Below, piece after piece: positions 21,187 through 33,569 of a DNA stretch of 64,000 nucleotides (position 1 is the stretch's first letter; each line of letters opens with the position of its first letter). The notes beneath the pieces are model-generated. The model did not search any database, had not been told where the DNA came from, and was given only the letters and a program-made list of their open reading frames with translations. The stretch is from NCBI GenBank assembly GCA_965223975.1, contig OZ245031.1:2132145-2196144 (forward strand), read 5' to 3'. Origin of the DNA: Pseudomonadales bacterium (GTDB lineage Bacteria > Pseudomonadota > Gammaproteobacteria > Pseudomonadales > JBECKS01). A program made the position numbers and the translations under genes.

Positions 21187-24100
21187 ATGCCAAAAAGACA
21201 AGATATCAACAGCGTTCTAATTTTAGGAGCAGGTCCTATTGTGATCGGCCAGGCCTGTGAATTTGATTATTCAGGAGCCCAGGCATGCAAGGCACTTAAA
21301 GAAGAAGGTGTAAGAGTTATTCTGGTTAACTCCAACCCAGCGACCATTATGACCGACCCATCTATGGCTGATGCCACTTACGTAGAGCCAATCCAATGGC
21401 AAACGGTTGAAAAAATCATCGAGACTGAAAAGCCAGACGCCATCTTGCCTACTATGGGTGGTCAGACTGCTTTGAACTGTGCTTTGGATTTAGCCAAGCA
21501 CGGTGTGCTTGATAAGCATAATGTAGAAATGATCGGCGCGAAGAAAGAAGCGATCGATAAAGCTGAAGATCGCCAGTTGTTTGATCAAGCGATGAAAAAG
21601 ATTGGCTTGAGCACGCCTCGTTCGGCCATTGCTCACAGTTTAGAAGAAGCGCTGCAAGTACTCGACGTAGTGGGTTACCCAGCGATTATTCGTCCATCTT
21701 TTACTATGGGTGGTAGCGGGGGTGGTATTGCCTATAACCGCGAAGAGTACATTACTATTTGTAAGCGCGGTTTAGATCTTTCTCCAACCAACGAATTATT
21801 GATCGACGAATCACTGATCGGTTGGAAAGAATATGAGATGGAAGTGGTTCGCGATAAAGCCGACAACTGCATCATCATCTGTTCCATCGAAAACTTCGAC
21901 GCTATGGGTGTGCACACAGGTGACTCTATTACGGTAGCGCCAGCACAAACTCTCACCGATAAAGAATACCAAATCATGCGTAATGCTTCGTTGGCGGTTT
22001 TACGTGAGATCGGAGTCGAGACCGGAGGTTCAAACGTACAGTTTGGTATTGATCCAAAAACTGGTCGCATGGTGATTATCGAGATGAACCCGCGGGTATC
22101 TCGTTCATCGGCATTAGCTTCTAAAGCCACTGGTTTCCCAATAGCAAAAGTGGCTGCAAAGCTAGCGATTGGTTTTACCCTTGATGAATTACAAAACGAA
22201 ATTACCGGTGGCGCGACACCTGCTTCTTTCGAGCCTTCGATTGATTATGTTGTTACTAAGATTCCACGTTTTAACTTTGAGAAGTTTGTGGATGCGGATG
22301 CCTCACTAACCACTCAAATGAAATCAGTGGGCGAGGTGATGGCGATTGGTCGTTGCTTCCAAGAGTCTTTCCAAAAAGCACTGCGTGGATTAGAAACAGG
22401 CAGCATGGGTCTAGAAAGCCGCTTTGAAGCTGGCTTTGACGACGAAGCCATGGCAGTGATTAAGCGCGAATTACAAAATCCAGGTGCTGAGCGCCTATGG
22501 TTTGTGGCTGATGCCTTCCGTGCTGGCCTAGATATTGCAACGGTTTATGAATGGTCTGGCATTGATCCTTGGTTCTTGGCTGAATTAGAAGATTTGGTCA
22601 CTCAAGAAGGCCGCGTTACGGAGACCGAGTTGGGTGACATACAGCGAGATCAACTGTTCCGTTGGAAGCAGCAAGGCTTCTCTGATCAACGACTTGGCTA
22701 TCTAATGAACGAAAGCGAAGCAAACGTTCGAGAAAGGCGTTTAGCTTTAGGTGTAAAACCGATCTATAAGCGCGTTGATACCTGTGCCGCTGAATTCTCT
22801 ACTTCCACTGCCTATATGTATTCAAGCTACGACGAAGAGTGTGAGGCTCAAGTCAGCGATCGCGACAAGTACATGGTGCTTGGTGGTGGCCCTAACCGAA
22901 TTGGTCAAGGTATTGAGTTTGACTACTGCTGTGTACATGCTGCCCTAGCATTAAGAGATGCGGGTTTTGAAACCATCATGGTTAACTGTAACCCAGAAAC
23001 CGTTTCGACCGATTTTGATACGTCCGATCGTTTGTACTTTGAACCGATCACTTTAGAAGACGTGCTTGCTATCGTTGATGCTGAAAAACCAAAAGGTGTG
23101 ATTGTCCAGTACGGTGGTCAGACACCCCTTAAGTTAGCCCGTGATTTAGAAAAACACGGAGTACCTATTATTGGTACTAGTCCAGACGCCATTGATTGTG
23201 CCGAAGACCGTGAGCGCTTCCAGCAATTGATCGAAAAGCTGTCTTTAAAGCAGCCGCCCAATCGAACAGCGAAAAGCATCGAAGAAGGCGTAAAAGGTGC
23301 CGAAGAAATTGGTTACCCATTGGTCGTAAGACCTTCTTACGTACTAGGTGGGCGCGCAATGGAAATTGTGGCCAATGAACAAGAGTTGCGCCAATACTTC
23401 GATACCGCTGTACAAGTGTCTAACGAATCTCCAGTATTGTTAGATCGTTTCTTAGATGATGCGATTGAAGTTGACGTTGATGCGATTTGTGATGGTGAGC
23501 AAGTGGTGATCGGTGGCATCATGCAGCATATTGAGCAGGCGGGTGTTCACTCGGGTGACTCGGCTTGTTCTTTGCCTCCCTATAAATTAAGTGACGCAAT
23601 TCAAGAACAAATGCGCGAACAAGCTCGTGCTATGGCACTAGAGCTTGGCGTAGTTGGCTTGATGAATGTTCAATTCGCTATTAAAGACGAAGATATTTTT
23701 ATCTTAGAGGTGAATCCGCGCGCTGCACGTACCGTGCCTTTTGTGTCTAAGTGTATTGGTCACTCTTTAGCAAAAGTGGCTGCTCTGTGTATGGCAGGCA
23801 CAACTTTGAAAGAGCAAGGTTTCGAAAAAGAAATCGTGCCTAAGTTATTTAACGTTAAAGAATCGGTATTTCCATTTAATAAATTCCCAGGTGTTGACCC
23901 CATTCTTGGCCCTGAAATGAAATCGACTGGTGAAGTAATGGGGGTTGGTGAAAACTTTGCCGAAGCCTTTGAGAAAGCGGCCTTGGGCGCAGGTGAATAC
24001 TTACCTGAATCAGGTATGGCCTTTATCAGTGTGCGTGAAGGTGATAAAAAACAAGTGCCAGCGATTGCTAAATCTTTGGTAGAGCTTGGTTTTAGTTTGT

Positions 24101-24405
24101 CTGCTACCAGCGGTACTGCTAAAGTGATTGAAGAAGCCGGCCTTGAAGTGATGAAAGTGAATAAGGTGATGGAAGGTCGTCCTCATATCGTAGATATGCT
24201 TAAGAACGACGAAGTTGACCTTATTGTAAACACTACAGAAGGCTCACAAGCGATCAAAGATTCGTTTACGATTCGACGCACAGCCCTTCAGCATAAAGTG
24301 TGTTACACCACAACGATTGCTGGCGGTGAAGCGATCTGCATGTCGGTAAAAGAAAAACGCAATGGAGCGACTAAAGTCCGCAAGTTGCAGGATATTAAAA
24401 ACTAA
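21187..24405 (+). CDS. carB: Carbamoyl-phosphate synthase large subunit
   Basis: 1072 aa with duplicated ATP-grasp halves and an MGS-like C-terminus. Confidence 0.98.
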   Translation: MPKRQDINSVLILGAGPIVIGQACEFDYSGAQACKALKEEGVRVILVNSNPATIMTDPSMADATYVEPIQWQTVEKIIETEKPDAILPTMGGQTALNCALDLAKHGVLDKHNVEMIGAKKEAIDKAEDRQLFDQAMKKIGLSTPRSAIAHSLEEALQVLDVVGYPAIIRPSFTMGGSGGGIAYNREEYITICKRGLDLSPTNELLIDESLIGWKEYEMEVVRDKADNCIIICSIENFDAMGVHTGDSITVAPAQTLTDKEYQIMRNASLAVLREIGVETGGSNVQFGIDPKTGRMVIIEMNPRVSRSSALASKATGFPIAKVAAKLAIGFTLDELQNEITGGATPASFEPSIDYVVTKIPRFNFEKFVDADASLTTQMKSVGEVMAIGRCFQESFQKALRGLETGSMGLESRFEAGFDDEAMAVIKRELQNPGAERLWFVADAFRAGLDIATVYEWSGIDPWFLAELEDLVTQEGRVTETELGDIQRDQLFRWKQQGFSDQRLGYLMNESEANVRERRLALGVKPIYKRVDTCAAEFSTSTAYMYSSYDEECEAQVSDRDKYMVLGGGPNRIGQGIEFDYCCVHAALALRDAGFETIMVNCNPETVSTDFDTSDRLYFEPITLEDVLAIVDAEKPKGVIVQYGGQTPLKLARDLEKHGVPIIGTSPDAIDCAEDRERFQQLIEKLSLKQPPNRTAKSIEEGVKGAEEIGYPLVVRPSYVLGGRAMEIVANEQELRQYFDTAVQVSNESPVLLDRFLDDAIEVDVDAICDGEQVVIGGIMQHIEQAGVHSGDSACSLPPYKLSDAIQEQMREQARAMALELGVVGLMNVQFAIKDEDIFILEVNPRAARTVPFVSKCIGHSLAKVAALCMAGTTLKEQGFEKEIVPKLFNVKESVFPFNKFPGVDPILGPEMKSTGEVMGVGENFAEAFEKAALGAGEYLPESGMAFISVREGDKKQVPAIAKSLVELGFSLSATSGTAKVIEEAGLEVMKVNKVMEGRPHIVDMLKNDEVDLIVNTTEGSQAIKDSFTIRRTALQHKVCYTTTIAGGEAICMSVKEKRNGATKVRKLQDIKN

Positions 24406-24454
24406 AATAATTAGATGAGCGCTTCGGGACGAAGCGATTAAAAGAGTAAAGAAC

Positions 24455-24940
24455 ATGAGTTTAGATAAAGTTCCAATGACAGCAAAAGGTGAGCAAAGTC
24501 TTAAGGATGAATTGCATCACTTAAAAACCGTTGAGCGCCCTCGTATTATCGAAGCGATTGCAGAGGCTCGTGCCCACGGTGATTTAAAAGAGAATGCTGA
24601 ATACCACGCAGCTCGTGAACAGCAAAGCTTTGCCGAAGGACGTATTCAAGAGATCGAAGGTAAGTTAAGCAATTGCCAGGTGATTGACGTTTCTAAGATT
24701 GAAAATAAAGGCAAAGTCATTTTTGGTGTGACTGTCGATATTATCAATATCGATACTGACGAAAGCAAAACCTACAAAATCGTAGGTGAAGATGAAGCCG
24801 ATATTAAAGCTAATTTAATTTTCGCGGGCTCACCGATTGCGCGTGCTCTAATCGGAAAAGAGGTCGGTGACATAGCTGTAGTGGAAACCCCTGGCGGCAG
24901 TGTCGAGTACGAAATCGACGACGTTCGTCACGAGCTTTAA
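24455..24940 (+). CDS. greA: Transcription elongation factor GreA
   Basis: Contains [16 protein letters not shown], typical of the GreA coiled coil. Confidence 0.95.
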   Translation: MSLDKVPMTAKGEQSLKDELHHLKTVERPRIIEAIAEARAHGDLKENAEYHAAREQQSFAEGRIQEIEGKLSNCQVIDVSKIENKGKVIFGVTVDIINIDTDESKTYKIVGEDEADIKANLIFAGSPIARALIGKEVGDIAVVETPGGSVEYEIDDVRHEL

Positions 24941-24944
24941 AAGC

Positions 24945-25268
24945 TTATTTAGCCTGTTGCTGTCTCAGGATATTGGACAGCTTAGCCTTAGGTTTTTTAG
25001 CTGCGCGATAAATTAAAGCGATATTTCCTACCTGTTGAACCAGCGTGCATTGGCAGATTTTGCATAGCTCGTCTAACAGAGCTTGTTTTTCAGATTTTGG
25101 AGCAGCGGGTATTTTGATCTTGATAAGCTCGTGATCTTCTAAAGCTCGTTCCAGTTCCTTTTGTACGTTTTCGCTGAGACCGCTTTCACCTAAAGTAACG
25201 ATAGGGTTCAATTGGTGGCCAATGGTCTTAAATTGCTTTTTTTGATCGGTGCTAAGTATGAGGGTCAT
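24945..25268 (-). CDS. yhbY: CRM-domain RNA-binding protein YhbY
   Basis: Contains LKTIGHQLNPIVTLGESGLS...HELIKIKI. It sits in the conserved position divergent from rlmE. Confidence 0.88.
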   Translation of the reverse strand: MTLILSTDQKKQFKTIGHQLNPIVTLGESGLSENVQKELERALEDHELIKIKIPAAPKSEKQALLDELCKICQCTLVQQVGNIALIYRAAKKPKAKLSNILRQQQAK

Positions 25269-25437
25269 AATGAAAGCTCTAAAGTTGGTTTGTCCAGGTT
25301 GTTATCGAGGACTGGTATCTGGTACTGGTATCTAGGAAAGGGCGGCAATTCTAACCAAGCTGTATCCTGAGCGCTAGTGCTCAACATAAGATAAAATAGC
25401 CCCCAAGTAATAAAATAAGCAATAAAGTAGCAGTAGC

Positions 25438-26088
25438 ATGGCCGGTAACAAACCTACTAAAAGCACCAACAAGAACACCAGCAAAAGCAGTAAAGCCTGG
25501 CTAAAAGAACATTTTGACGATCACTTTGTCCAAGAGGCTAAGCGGCAGGGTTATCGCTCGCGTGCCTGTTTTAAACTGATCGAAATGCAGGAAAAAGACC
25601 GGCTAATTAAAAAAGGTATGACGGTGGTGGACCTTGGCGCCGCTCCAGGTGGTTGGTCACAGCTAGCGGCGGAATGGGTAGGCGAAGGTGGCAGGGTCAT
25701 TGCCTCCGACATATTGCCCATGGATCATCTTCCCGGCGTCGAATTTATTGAGGGCGATTTTAGCTCAGACGAGGTTTATCAGGCCCTGCAAAATACCTTG
25801 GGAGAAGATAAGGTCGACCTTGTAATCTGCGATATGGCCCCCAATATCAGTGGTAATTCCACGGTGGATCAATATAAGGCTATGGCCCTATGTGAGCTAG
25901 CCCTGGATTTCGCCTGCGAGCATCTCAAGCCTGGAGGAGACTTCTTAATCAAGGTCTTTCAGGGTAAAGGGCAGCAAGAGTATGAAAGCCAGATACGCGA
26001 ATCTTTCTCTAAGTTATTGATTCGTAAGCCTAAATCCTCTCGAGCGCGCTCTAAAGAAGTGTATTGTTTGGCTAAAGGCCTGCGCTAA
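25438..26088 (+). CDS. rlmE: 23S rRNA (uridine2552-2'-O)-methyltransferase RlmE/FtsJ
   Basis: Contains [13 protein letters not shown]...GYRSRA.FKL and [13 protein letters not shown]. Confidence 0.95.
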   Translation: MAGNKPTKSTNKNTSKSSKAWLKEHFDDHFVQEAKRQGYRSRACFKLIEMQEKDRLIKKGMTVVDLGAAPGGWSQLAAEWVGEGGRVIASDILPMDHLPGVEFIEGDFSSDEVYQALQNTLGEDKVDLVICDMAPNISGNSTVDQYKAMALCELALDFACEHLKPGGDFLIKVFQGKGQQEYESQIRESFSKLLIRKPKSSRARSKEVYCLAKGLR

Positions 26089-26187
26089 GGTCCTGGTCAG
26101 CAGACGATCCTATGGGTATATTACCTATAGCAGTTAAGTTGTGTTATTCACGGCTTGGTAATAGATAGTTTTAATGAGGATGATCCC

Positions 26188-28140
26188 TTGAACGACACAA
26201 TGAAAAATCTCATCTTATGGTCCGTCATTGCCGTGGTATTGGTGGCTGTATTCAGTAGCTTTAATCAAAACCAAAATCAAAACCCACTGAGCTATACCGA
26301 GTTTGTACATGAGGTGCAAAGCGGTCGGATCAGCGATGTATTAATCGATGGACATTCTATTAAAGGCACTATGGCCAATGGTAGTTCTTTCTCGGTCGTT
26401 ATTCCTCCAGGCGTTGCTGATTTGGATTTAATGCCTGATCTTCGTGATAACAATGTTCGTGTAATGGGCGAGGCTCCAGAAAAACCGAGCTGGATTATGC
26501 AGATGCTTATTTCTGGCATTTTACCGATCCTGTTATTGGTGATTGTATTCAGTTTCTTTATGCGTCAAATGCAAGGCGGCGCGGGTGGCAAAGGCGGCCC
26601 AATGAGCTTTGGTAAAAGTAAAGCGCGCCTATTAAGTGAGGACCAAATCAAAACCACATTTGCTGATGTGGCTGGTGTCGAAGAAGCGAAAGAAGACGTA
26701 CAAGAGATTGTAGAATTCTTAAGAGATCCAGGAAAATTCCAACGCCTTGGTGGCAAGATCCCCCGTGGTGTTTTGATGGTAGGTTCACCAGGTACGGGTA
26801 AAACTTTATTAGCAAAAGCGATTGCTGGTGAAGCACGTGTGCCTTTCTTTGCTATTTCCGGTTCTGACTTTGTTGAAATGTTTGTGGGTGTTGGTGCATC
26901 GCGTGTGCGTGACATGTTCGAGCAAGCTAAAAAGCAATCCCCCTGCATTATCTTTATCGACGAGATCGACGCGGTAGGTCGTTCCCGTGGTGCTGGCCTT
27001 GGCGGTGGTCACGATGAGCGTGAGCAAACCCTAAACCAATTGTTAGTCGAGATGGACGGCTTTGATCCAAACGACGGCGTTATTGTTATTGCTGCGACTA
27101 ACCGTCCAGACGTATTGGATGCTGCTTTGTTACGTCCAGGTCGTTTTGATCGTCAAGTGACTGTGCCTCTTCCAGATGTACGTGGCCGTGAACAAATTCT
27201 TCGTGTGCATATGCGTACCGTGCCTCTAGGTGATGACGTAGATGCGGCGACACTTGCAAGAGCGACTCCAGGTTTCTCTGGAGCTGACTTAGCTAACTTA
27301 GTGAATGAAGCAGCTTTATTCTCAGCAAGACAAAACAAACGCATCGTTGAGATGAACGAGTTTGAAAAAGCCAAAGACAAGATCCTAATGGGCGCTGAGC
27401 GCAAAACCATGGTCATGTCTGAAAAGGAAAAAGAGAATACCGCTTACCACGAAGCAGGCCACGCTATCGTAGGTCGTTTAGTGCCTGAGCACGATCCTGT
27501 TTATAAGGTAAGTATTATTCCTCGTGGTCGAGCTTTAGGTGTGACTATGTATCTTCCTGAAGAAGACAAATACAGCCTGTCGAAGCGTGCTATCGAAGGT
27601 CAGATCGCTAGCCTGTTCGGTGGTCGTATCGCCGAAGAAATTACCCTTGGCTTTGATGGTGTGACTACTGGGGCATCAAACGATATTCAACGCGCTACTG
27701 AGATGGCACGTAATATGGTGACCAAGTGGGGCTTATCTGAAAAGCTTGGCCCGCTAAGTTATGAGGAAGAAGAAGGCGAAGTATTCCTAGGTAAATCCGT
27801 AAGCCAAACCAAAAACGTATCCCCCGTGACAGCAGAAGCTATTGATACTGAGATGCGCAAAATTATTGATGAGGCTTATGCAAAAGCGAAGCAAATCCTA
27901 GAAGACAACATGGATATTCTTCATGCTATGAAAGATGCCTTGATGAAGTATGAAACCATCGATGCTTCTCAGATTGATGACCTTATGGAGCGGAAAGAAG
28001 TGCGTGCTCCTAAGGATTGGGACGAGGGCGGTGGCCCAAGTTCTGGTGCAGGGACTCCGGTAGAAGAAGAACCAGCAGCAAGTGCTAAGGATTCTAAGAA
28101 GGATGGCGACAGTGGCGTCGGTGGTACTGCAGAAGCTTAA
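26188..28140 (+). CDS. ftsH: ATP-dependent zinc metalloprotease FtsH
   Basis: Contains Walker A GPPGTGKT-like (GSPGTGKT), the SRH and HEAGHA. The start is either TTG 26188 (GAGGA 7 nt upstream) or ATG 26200. The track start 26155 is probably too long. Confidence 0.96.
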   Translation: MNDTMKNLILWSVIAVVLVAVFSSFNQNQNQNPLSYTEFVHEVQSGRISDVLIDGHSIKGTMANGSSFSVVIPPGVADLDLMPDLRDNNVRVMGEAPEKPSWIMQMLISGILPILLLVIVFSFFMRQMQGGAGGKGGPMSFGKSKARLLSEDQIKTTFADVAGVEEAKEDVQEIVEFLRDPGKFQRLGGKIPRGVLMVGSPGTGKTLLAKAIAGEARVPFFAISGSDFVEMFVGVGASRVRDMFEQAKKQSPCIIFIDEIDAVGRSRGAGLGGGHDEREQTLNQLLVEMDGFDPNDGVIVIAATNRPDVLDAALLRPGRFDRQVTVPLPDVRGREQILRVHMRTVPLGDDVDAATLARATPGFSGADLANLVNEAALFSARQNKRIVEMNEFEKAKDKILMGAERKTMVMSEKEKENTAYHEAGHAIVGRLVPEHDPVYKVSIIPRGRALGVTMYLPEEDKYSLSKRAIEGQIASLFGGRIAEEITLGFDGVTTGASNDIQRATEMARNMVTKWGLSEKLGPLSYEEEEGEVFLGKSVSQTKNVSPVTAEAIDTEMRKIIDEAYAKAKQILEDNMDILHAMKDALMKYETIDASQIDDLMERKEVRAPKDWDEGGGPSSGAGTPVEEEPAASAKDSKKDGDSGVGGTAEA

Positions 28141-28155
28141 ATAGTATTTACATAA

Positions 28156-28192
28156 AGCTCCTAGCGTTTTTAAAGCGCTAGGAGCTTTTTTC
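28156..28192 (+). terminator. Rho-independent terminator after ftsH
   Basis: agctcctagcg / cgctaggagct forms an 11-bp stem followed by a T6 run. Confidence 0.8.
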
Positions 28193-28269
28193 GTTTTAGC
28201 CCAGTCGTTTATAGAAGCCGCTATTTATAATTATAAAAAATATCGATTGACCTTATTTTCGGTGATCTT

Positions 28270-29097
28270 ATGTCCGATGAGATATCTAACAGCTATTCTA
28301 AGAAACCCCTTCTTATGGGTATTTTGAATGTTACACCCGATTCCTTTTCTGACGGTGGTAAATACAGCTCATTAGACCCGGCTTTGGCTCGCGTTGAAAC
28401 CATGTTAGCCGAGGGTGCAGATATTGTTGATATGGGCGGTGAATCTACCCGACCAGGCGCAGAGCCTGTTAGCGAACAAGAAGAAATGGATCGTGTGCTT
28501 CCTGTGTTTGAAGCTGTGAAAGAACGTTTTGATGTCGCTGTGTCGGTAGATACCAGCAACGAAAGTTTGATGCGGGCGGTATTACCCCAAGTCGATATTG
28601 TTAATGATGTGCGAGCTTTAGGGCGTTTGGATGATCTTAGTTTTTTAGCAGAAGCATCCTGCCAGATTTGCTTGATGCATATGCAGGGCGATCCTAAGAC
28701 CATGCAGAATTCGCCTCAGTATGATGATGTGGTCGAAACCGTCAGCGCTTATTTAGCTACACGGATTGAAACTTGCGTCGCTCAGGGCATAGATCGGTCG
28801 CGTTTGATCGCGGATCCGGGTTTTGGTTTTGGCAAAACCCTGGAGCATAACCTTAGAGTGCTTAACCAGTTAGAGGCCTTTGCAGAACTGAAATGTCCCA
28901 TTTTGGTAGGTACGTCACGAAAATCGATGATCGGGCAGGTGCTTGGGACCGAGATAGATGAGCGAGTTTTTGGTAGTATTGCCACCATCGTAATGGCTAT
29001 TCAAAAGGGAGCTGCTTATCTACGGGTACATGATATCGCAGCCAGTCGACAGGCTATGGACATGACCTGGGCAGTATTGACGGAAGGTAAGAATTAA
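28270..29097 (+). CDS. folP: Dihydropteroate synthase
   Basis: Contains [14 protein letters not shown] and [10 protein letters not shown]-like motifs. Confidence 0.95.
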   Translation: MSDEISNSYSKKPLLMGILNVTPDSFSDGGKYSSLDPALARVETMLAEGADIVDMGGESTRPGAEPVSEQEEMDRVLPVFEAVKERFDVAVSVDTSNESLMRAVLPQVDIVNDVRALGRLDDLSFLAEASCQICLMHMQGDPKTMQNSPQYDDVVETVSAYLATRIETCVAQGIDRSRLIADPGFGFGKTLEHNLRVLNQLEAFAELKCPILVGTSRKSMIGQVLGTEIDERVFGSIATIVMAIQKGAAYLRVHDIAASRQAMDMTWAVLTEGKN

Positions 29098-29099
29098 CT

Positions 29100-30446
29100 A
29101 TGAGCAAGCAAAAGTATTTTGGAACTGATGGTATCCGTGGCTTAGTGGGTCAGGGCAATATCAATCCCGAGTTTGTGCTTAAGCTGGGCTGGGCTGTTGG
29201 TAAGGTATTTTCTAAAGATAAACAAGCCAAAGTCTTGATTGGTAAAGACACCCGAATTTCTGGCTATATGTTTGAGTCGGCCTTAGAGGCAGGCTTATCC
29301 GCGGCGGGTGCTAATGTTCGCTTATTGGGTCCTATGCCGACGCCAGCAATCGCTTATTTGACCCGAACCTTTCACGCCCAAGCGGGCATTGTCATCAGTG
29401 CATCACATAACCCTTATCATGATAACGGCATTAAGTTCTTTTCTAGTGAAGGTACAAAACTGCCCGATGAGATTGAGCTAGAAATCGAAGCCATGCTCGA
29501 CGAGCCGATGGAAACCCGTCCAAGTTTTGAACTTGGTAAAGTTAGGCGCATTCTTGGTGCCCGAGGTCGTTATATTGAATTCTGCAAAAGCACCTTGCCC
29601 TATGAGGCTAGGGATTTTTCAGCCAATAAAATTGTAGTCGATTGTGCCCACGGTGCTACCTACGATATTGCTCCGGATGTGTTCGATGAGCTGGGTGCTG
29701 AGGTAATTGCCCTAGGTGTTGATCCAGACGGTTTTAATATTAATGAGGGCTGTGGCTCAACTGATCCCGTGGCTCTACAAAAAGCCGTACTAGATAACCA
29801 AGCTGACTTTGGTGTTGGTTTTGATGGTGATGGCGACAGACTTATCTTTGTTGATGAAAAGGGCATGACCCTCGATGGCGACGATATTCTTTATATCATC
29901 GCTAAGCATCGCCTTAAGCGCGGCGTGATGGAAGGCGGTATCGTTGGTACCGTTATGACTAACCTGGGTCTCGAGCTAGCTTTTAAAAGCATGGGTATTG
30001 AGTTTGTACGTGCTAGTGTTGGCGACCGCTATGTGATGAGTGAGCTTGGCGAGCGAGGTTGGTCTTTAGGTGGTGAATCATCGGGCCATATCTTATGCCT
30101 GGATAAGACTACGACAGGAGACGGCATTATTTCTGCTCTACAGGTGCTACATGCCTTTAAAGACAGCGGTGGCAGTATGTCGAGCCTGCGCACCGGTTTA
30201 AACAAGTTTCCACAAACCATGATTAATGTGCCCCTAGAGCAAGGCTCGGCTAAAGAGCTGATCGAAGACGCCAAAGTACTAGAATGCGTGAAAACGGCCG
30301 AAAGCACCCTAGCAGACAAAGGGCGGGTACTCTTGAGGCCTTCGGGCACTGAGCCTTTGATTCGAGTCATGGTCGAAGGCGAAGATGCTGAGCTGGTCTC
30401 AAGCCTAGCGGGCGATATCGCCAATTGCATCAAAGCCTTGGTATAA
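29100..30446 (+). CDS. glmM: Phosphoglucosamine mutase
   Basis: Contains [15 protein letters not shown] and GFDGDGDR. Confidence 0.96.
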   Translation: MSKQKYFGTDGIRGLVGQGNINPEFVLKLGWAVGKVFSKDKQAKVLIGKDTRISGYMFESALEAGLSAAGANVRLLGPMPTPAIAYLTRTFHAQAGIVISASHNPYHDNGIKFFSSEGTKLPDEIELEIEAMLDEPMETRPSFELGKVRRILGARGRYIEFCKSTLPYEARDFSANKIVVDCAHGATYDIAPDVFDELGAEVIALGVDPDGFNINEGCGSTDPVALQKAVLDNQADFGVGFDGDGDRLIFVDEKGMTLDGDDILYIIAKHRLKRGVMEGGIVGTVMTNLGLELAFKSMGIEFVRASVGDRYVMSELGERGWSLGGESSGHILCLDKTTTGDGIISALQVLHAFKDSGGSMSSLRTGLNKFPQTMINVPLEQGSAKELIEDAKVLECVKTAESTLADKGRVLLRPSGTEPLIRVMVEGEDAELVSSLAGDIANCIKALV

Positions 30447-30580
30447 AAGGCCTATATGGCTGCTCTTGGTTGTAAGTTGAGCAGCCCTAAGTTAAGATTG
30501 CCGCCCCGTTTAGACCCGATCTGACCTGCGTTTGGCCAAGATTGAGCTAGGTGGGCAAAAAGCTGACACACGGGAAGATC

Positions 30581-31336
30581 ATGAGGCGATATTTAGTAGC
30601 CGCAAACTGGAAAATGAATGGGACGAGAGCCGAAAACGAAGCTCTTATCCAAGGCATTTTGGCAGAGCTTCCTTCAGGTGACTTTGGTGTACTAGTCAGT
30701 GTGCCTTTTGTGTACCTTGAGCAGGTGGCCGACTTAGTCAAAGACTCTGCTATTTCGCTAGCCGCACAAAATGTCAGTGAGTTTGAAAAGGGTGCTTACA
30801 CCGGCGAAGTATCGGCCCAAATGCTGGCTGATTTAAATTGTCAGTATGCTCTGGTAGGACATTCGGAACGACGCCAACTATTTGGTGACAGTGACGAAAA
30901 AGTTTTACAAAAGTTTAAAGCGCTCCAGCAAGAAGGTATTACTCCGATCTTGTGTTTAGGTGAAACCCTAGAGCAGCGCGAAGCAGATCAAACCGAATCG
31001 GTAGTATCTGCGCAGTTAAAAGCAGTAACAGACCATCTCGGTGTTGCCGCTTTTGAAAAAGCAGTGATCGCCTATGAGCCTGTTTGGGCAATAGGTACGG
31101 GTAAAACAGCAAGCCCAGAACAAGCGCAAGCGGTTCATCAGTTTTTAAGGTCTGAGCTTGCTAAATTGGATTCAAATGTCGCGGACAAAGTACAAATACT
31201 TTACGGCGGCAGCGTTAACGAAAACAGTGCAGCAGAGTTGTTTGCACAAAATGATATAGATGGTGGCCTAATAGGTGGAGCATCCCTAAAGGCTGATAGT
31301 TTTTTAAATATTTGTAAGGTGGTTGGTCGTGGATAA
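30581..31336 (+). CDS. tpiA: Triosephosphate isomerase
   Basis: MRRYLVAANWKMNG, then GHSERR and AYEPVWAIGTG. The start is taken at ATG 30581 (track start 30551). Confidence 0.95.
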   Translation: MRRYLVAANWKMNGTRAENEALIQGILAELPSGDFGVLVSVPFVYLEQVADLVKDSAISLAAQNVSEFEKGAYTGEVSAQMLADLNCQYALVGHSERRQLFGDSDEKVLQKFKALQQEGITPILCLGETLEQREADQTESVVSAQLKAVTDHLGVAAFEKAVIAYEPVWAIGTGKTASPEQAQAVHQFLRSELAKLDSNVADKVQILYGGSVNENSAAELFAQNDIDGGLIGGASLKADSFLNICKVVGRG

Positions 31337-31718
31337 AGTTATTTTAATCGTTCATGTGCTAGTAGCGGTATCTTTAGTGGTATTGATTTTACTTCAACGT
31401 AGCTCAGCAGATGGCGGTGCAGCCTTTGGGGGTGGTTCTCAACAATCACTGTTAGGCACTTCGGGCTCAGCACCTTTGCTAACTAAAGTAACCGTTGGCT
31501 TAGTAACAGTTTTCTTCGTTACCAGTTTGACTCTTGCCTACTTCAACCGTCATTACGGAACAAGTGAAGAAATTATTATCCCAGCTGCAGAAACTGTAGA
31601 TATAGATGCAGCAACACAAGAACCTGAAGTCACTGTTCGTACTATCGACGACGATGACATTCCAGCGGTTCCTGAATCAGAAGAGGTTGATTCTGATATT
31701 CCTACTCCAGTCGAGTAA
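31323..31718 (+). CDS. secG: Preprotein translocase subunit SecG
   Basis: Contains VLVAVSLVVLILLQRS...GGAAFGGG. It overlaps the end of tpiA. The start codon is uncertain (TTG 31323 or GTG 31329). Confidence 0.88.
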   Translation: MVVDKVILIVHVLVAVSLVVLILLQRSSADGGAAFGGGSQQSLLGTSGSAPLLTKVTVGLVTVFFVTSLTLAYFNRHYGTSEEIIIPAAETVDIDAATQEPEVTVRTIDDDDIPAVPESEEVDSDIPTPVE

Positions 31719-31737
31719 GACTGCGACACAAAAAATT

Positions 31738-31823
31738 GCCGAAGTGGTGGAATTGGTAGACACGCCATCTTGAGGGGGTGGTGAGCTATGCTCGTGGGGG
31801 TTCAAATCCCCCCTTCGGCACCA
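31738..31823 (+). tRNA. leuU: tRNA-Leu (anticodon GAG), long variable arm, encoded CCA
   Basis: Hand-folded: acceptor gccgaag/cttcggc, anticodon stem ccatc/ggtgg with loop ttGAGgg, and T-arm ggggg-ttcaaat-ccccc. It is in the same position as leuU after secG in E. coli. Confidence 0.9.
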
Positions 31824-31983
31824 AATCTATTAAATAATATTGGTGTTTTTTCAAGCATTATTTCTATTTTCTGTTTGTAAGGACATAAGCGAGCTGAGTG
31901 TGTATGATTTGTTCGCTTGGATCGCATAGCTTGGTTACCGCAATTTAATCACGGAACGTGTTTCTACTAATAAAAAAATAATA

Positions 31984-32610
31984 ATGAGGCGCAATATGCG
32001 AGATAAACTTCTTTTGTGGACATCCATTTTCTTTTTGAGTTTGGTTGTTGTTGCATGTGATGACGATAAGGACGAAAGTACTGAACAAGCAGTACCTGAT
32101 ACACAAAAATACGTATTTGTGAGTAGCTCTACTCATACAGGAAGCTTAGGTGGTTTATCAGGTGCGGATGCTATTTGTAACCAGTTAGCATCAAATGCCG
32201 GATTGCCTGGAACCTATAAAGCTTGGCTTGGTGATAGTACAGATGGTCCTGCGACTCGCTTTACCCAATCTAGTGTTCCTTACGTGCGTACCGATGAAAA
32301 TCAAATTGCGTCGAATTGGGCGGATTTAATTGATGCGAGTTTAGATCAGCCGATTAATTTAGATGAGAATGGGAATGCGGCGCCTAGTTCGAGTGGGTTT
32401 GCTAGCGATTGCTCTATTTCTACTGCGGTTTGGAGCGCTGCTTCTTTGAACGGTACATCTTACGGTAATTTTTGTAATAATTTCACATCAACAACAGGCA
32501 GCGCTTATGTGGGAGACTACTCAGTAACATTTTCAAATTGGTCGGATAGTTGTGTCGTTCCTACTGCGGCCTGCGCTAACACTGCACCTATATACTGTTT
32601 TCAGCAGTAA
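31984..32610 (+). CDS. Lipoprotein with an endostatin/DUF1554-like (C-type-lectin-fold) domain
   Basis: Lipobox LVVVAC. GSLGGLSGADAICNQLASNAGLPGTYKAWLGDS aligns by eye with endostatin [32 protein letters not shown]. The C-terminal APIYCF resembles AYIVLCIE. Confidence 0.6.
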   Translation: MRRNMRDKLLLWTSIFFLSLVVVACDDDKDESTEQAVPDTQKYVFVSSSTHTGSLGGLSGADAICNQLASNAGLPGTYKAWLGDSTDGPATRFTQSSVPYVRTDENQIASNWADLIDASLDQPINLDENGNAAPSSSGFASDCSISTAVWSAASLNGTSYGNFCNNFTSTTGSAYVGDYSVTFSNWSDSCVVPTAACANTAPIYCFQQ

Positions 32611-32757
32611 GTACTCCCTTGGCTCTATTATCACTGTGCCTAGTCGCAGTTGGTAATATGTCTCGCCTTGTAAGTGCCTACTACGAACTGAAGAGTGTTA
32701 GTGGTATGTTATTATTAAGGATTAAAAAAAGTTCAAATCGGTAGATATAATAATAAA

Positions 32758-33549
32758 ATGAAGATTTTTGAGTACGAGAGAAATAACTACACCCTGTATG
32801 GAATATTGTTTGGATTGTGTTTTCCTATAGGTGCGACCTTATTAGAAATCTTAATAAACCCGATCGAGATTTCGATAACATCAATATTAGCACTTCATAA
32901 GCAGATACACTTTTTATGGATGATTGATACGGCACCGGTGGTCTTGGGCTTGTTTGCTCGTTTAGCGGGCCAAAAGCAAGATAGCGTAAACGCCGTTCTT
33001 AATGATGCTTTGATCGCGGTAGAAGAAAAGAAGCTCGCTATCGAAGTCCTCGAAAAGAATGAATTTGTAGCTAAGTTGTTCTCTGATATAAGGGATCTGG
33101 CTATTGAGTGTGGTTCTGAACAGGAATTCGCCACTAAAAATGTCGGTTTGTTAACCCAGGTGATCGAGGCAAAGGTGGGCGTGTTTTATTTGCTCGATGA
33201 CAGCGGTCTGTTAAATCCGGTCGGGACCTATGGTGTTGATTCGGAAACATTTCAATCTGGTTTGGCCTTAGGAGAGTCGATAGTAGGCCAAGCGGCGAAA
33301 GATGGTAAAACCATTAAAGTAGAAGGCGGAGTGGCTGAGTTCTTAGAGATTCAGTCTGGTTTGGGTAAAGCATCGGCAGACGTCTTGGTGTTGTCGCCAG
33401 TGAGTTTTGGTGAAAAAGTTTTAGGGGTTCTCGTGTTTGGATTTTTCCAGAAGCTTGGTTCAGAGAAATTAAATTTAGTTGGTTCTCTATCTGAAGCTTC
33501 TGGGCGTTCGTTGGTATCTTTGACAGCTAGAAAGGTCTTAGATTCATAA
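32758..33549 (+). CDS. Membrane protein with a C-terminal GAF domain and no output domain
   Basis: Two N-terminal TM helices, a coiled linker, then a GAF-like region (VGVFYLLDD...GESIVGQAAKDGKTIKV...VLGVLVFG). Confidence 0.65.
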   Translation: MKIFEYERNNYTLYGILFGLCFPIGATLLEILINPIEISITSILALHKQIHFLWMIDTAPVVLGLFARLAGQKQDSVNAVLNDALIAVEEKKLAIEVLEKNEFVAKLFSDIRDLAIECGSEQEFATKNVGLLTQVIEAKVGVFYLLDDSGLLNPVGTYGVDSETFQSGLALGESIVGQAAKDGKTIKVEGGVAEFLEIQSGLGKASADVLVLSPVSFGEKVLGVLVFGFFQKLGSEKLNLVGSLSEASGRSLVSLTARKVLDS

Positions 33550-33569
33550 TAGCAAAGGCGATTGCTTAC

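Noticed and set aside
20148-30433. Numerous 60-136-aa antisense ORFs within carA, carB, ftsH, folP and glmM from the ORF track.
   Set aside because: All are nested antisense in highly conserved housekeeping genes and have Ser/Arg/Pro-rich low-complexity translations typical of non-coding frames.
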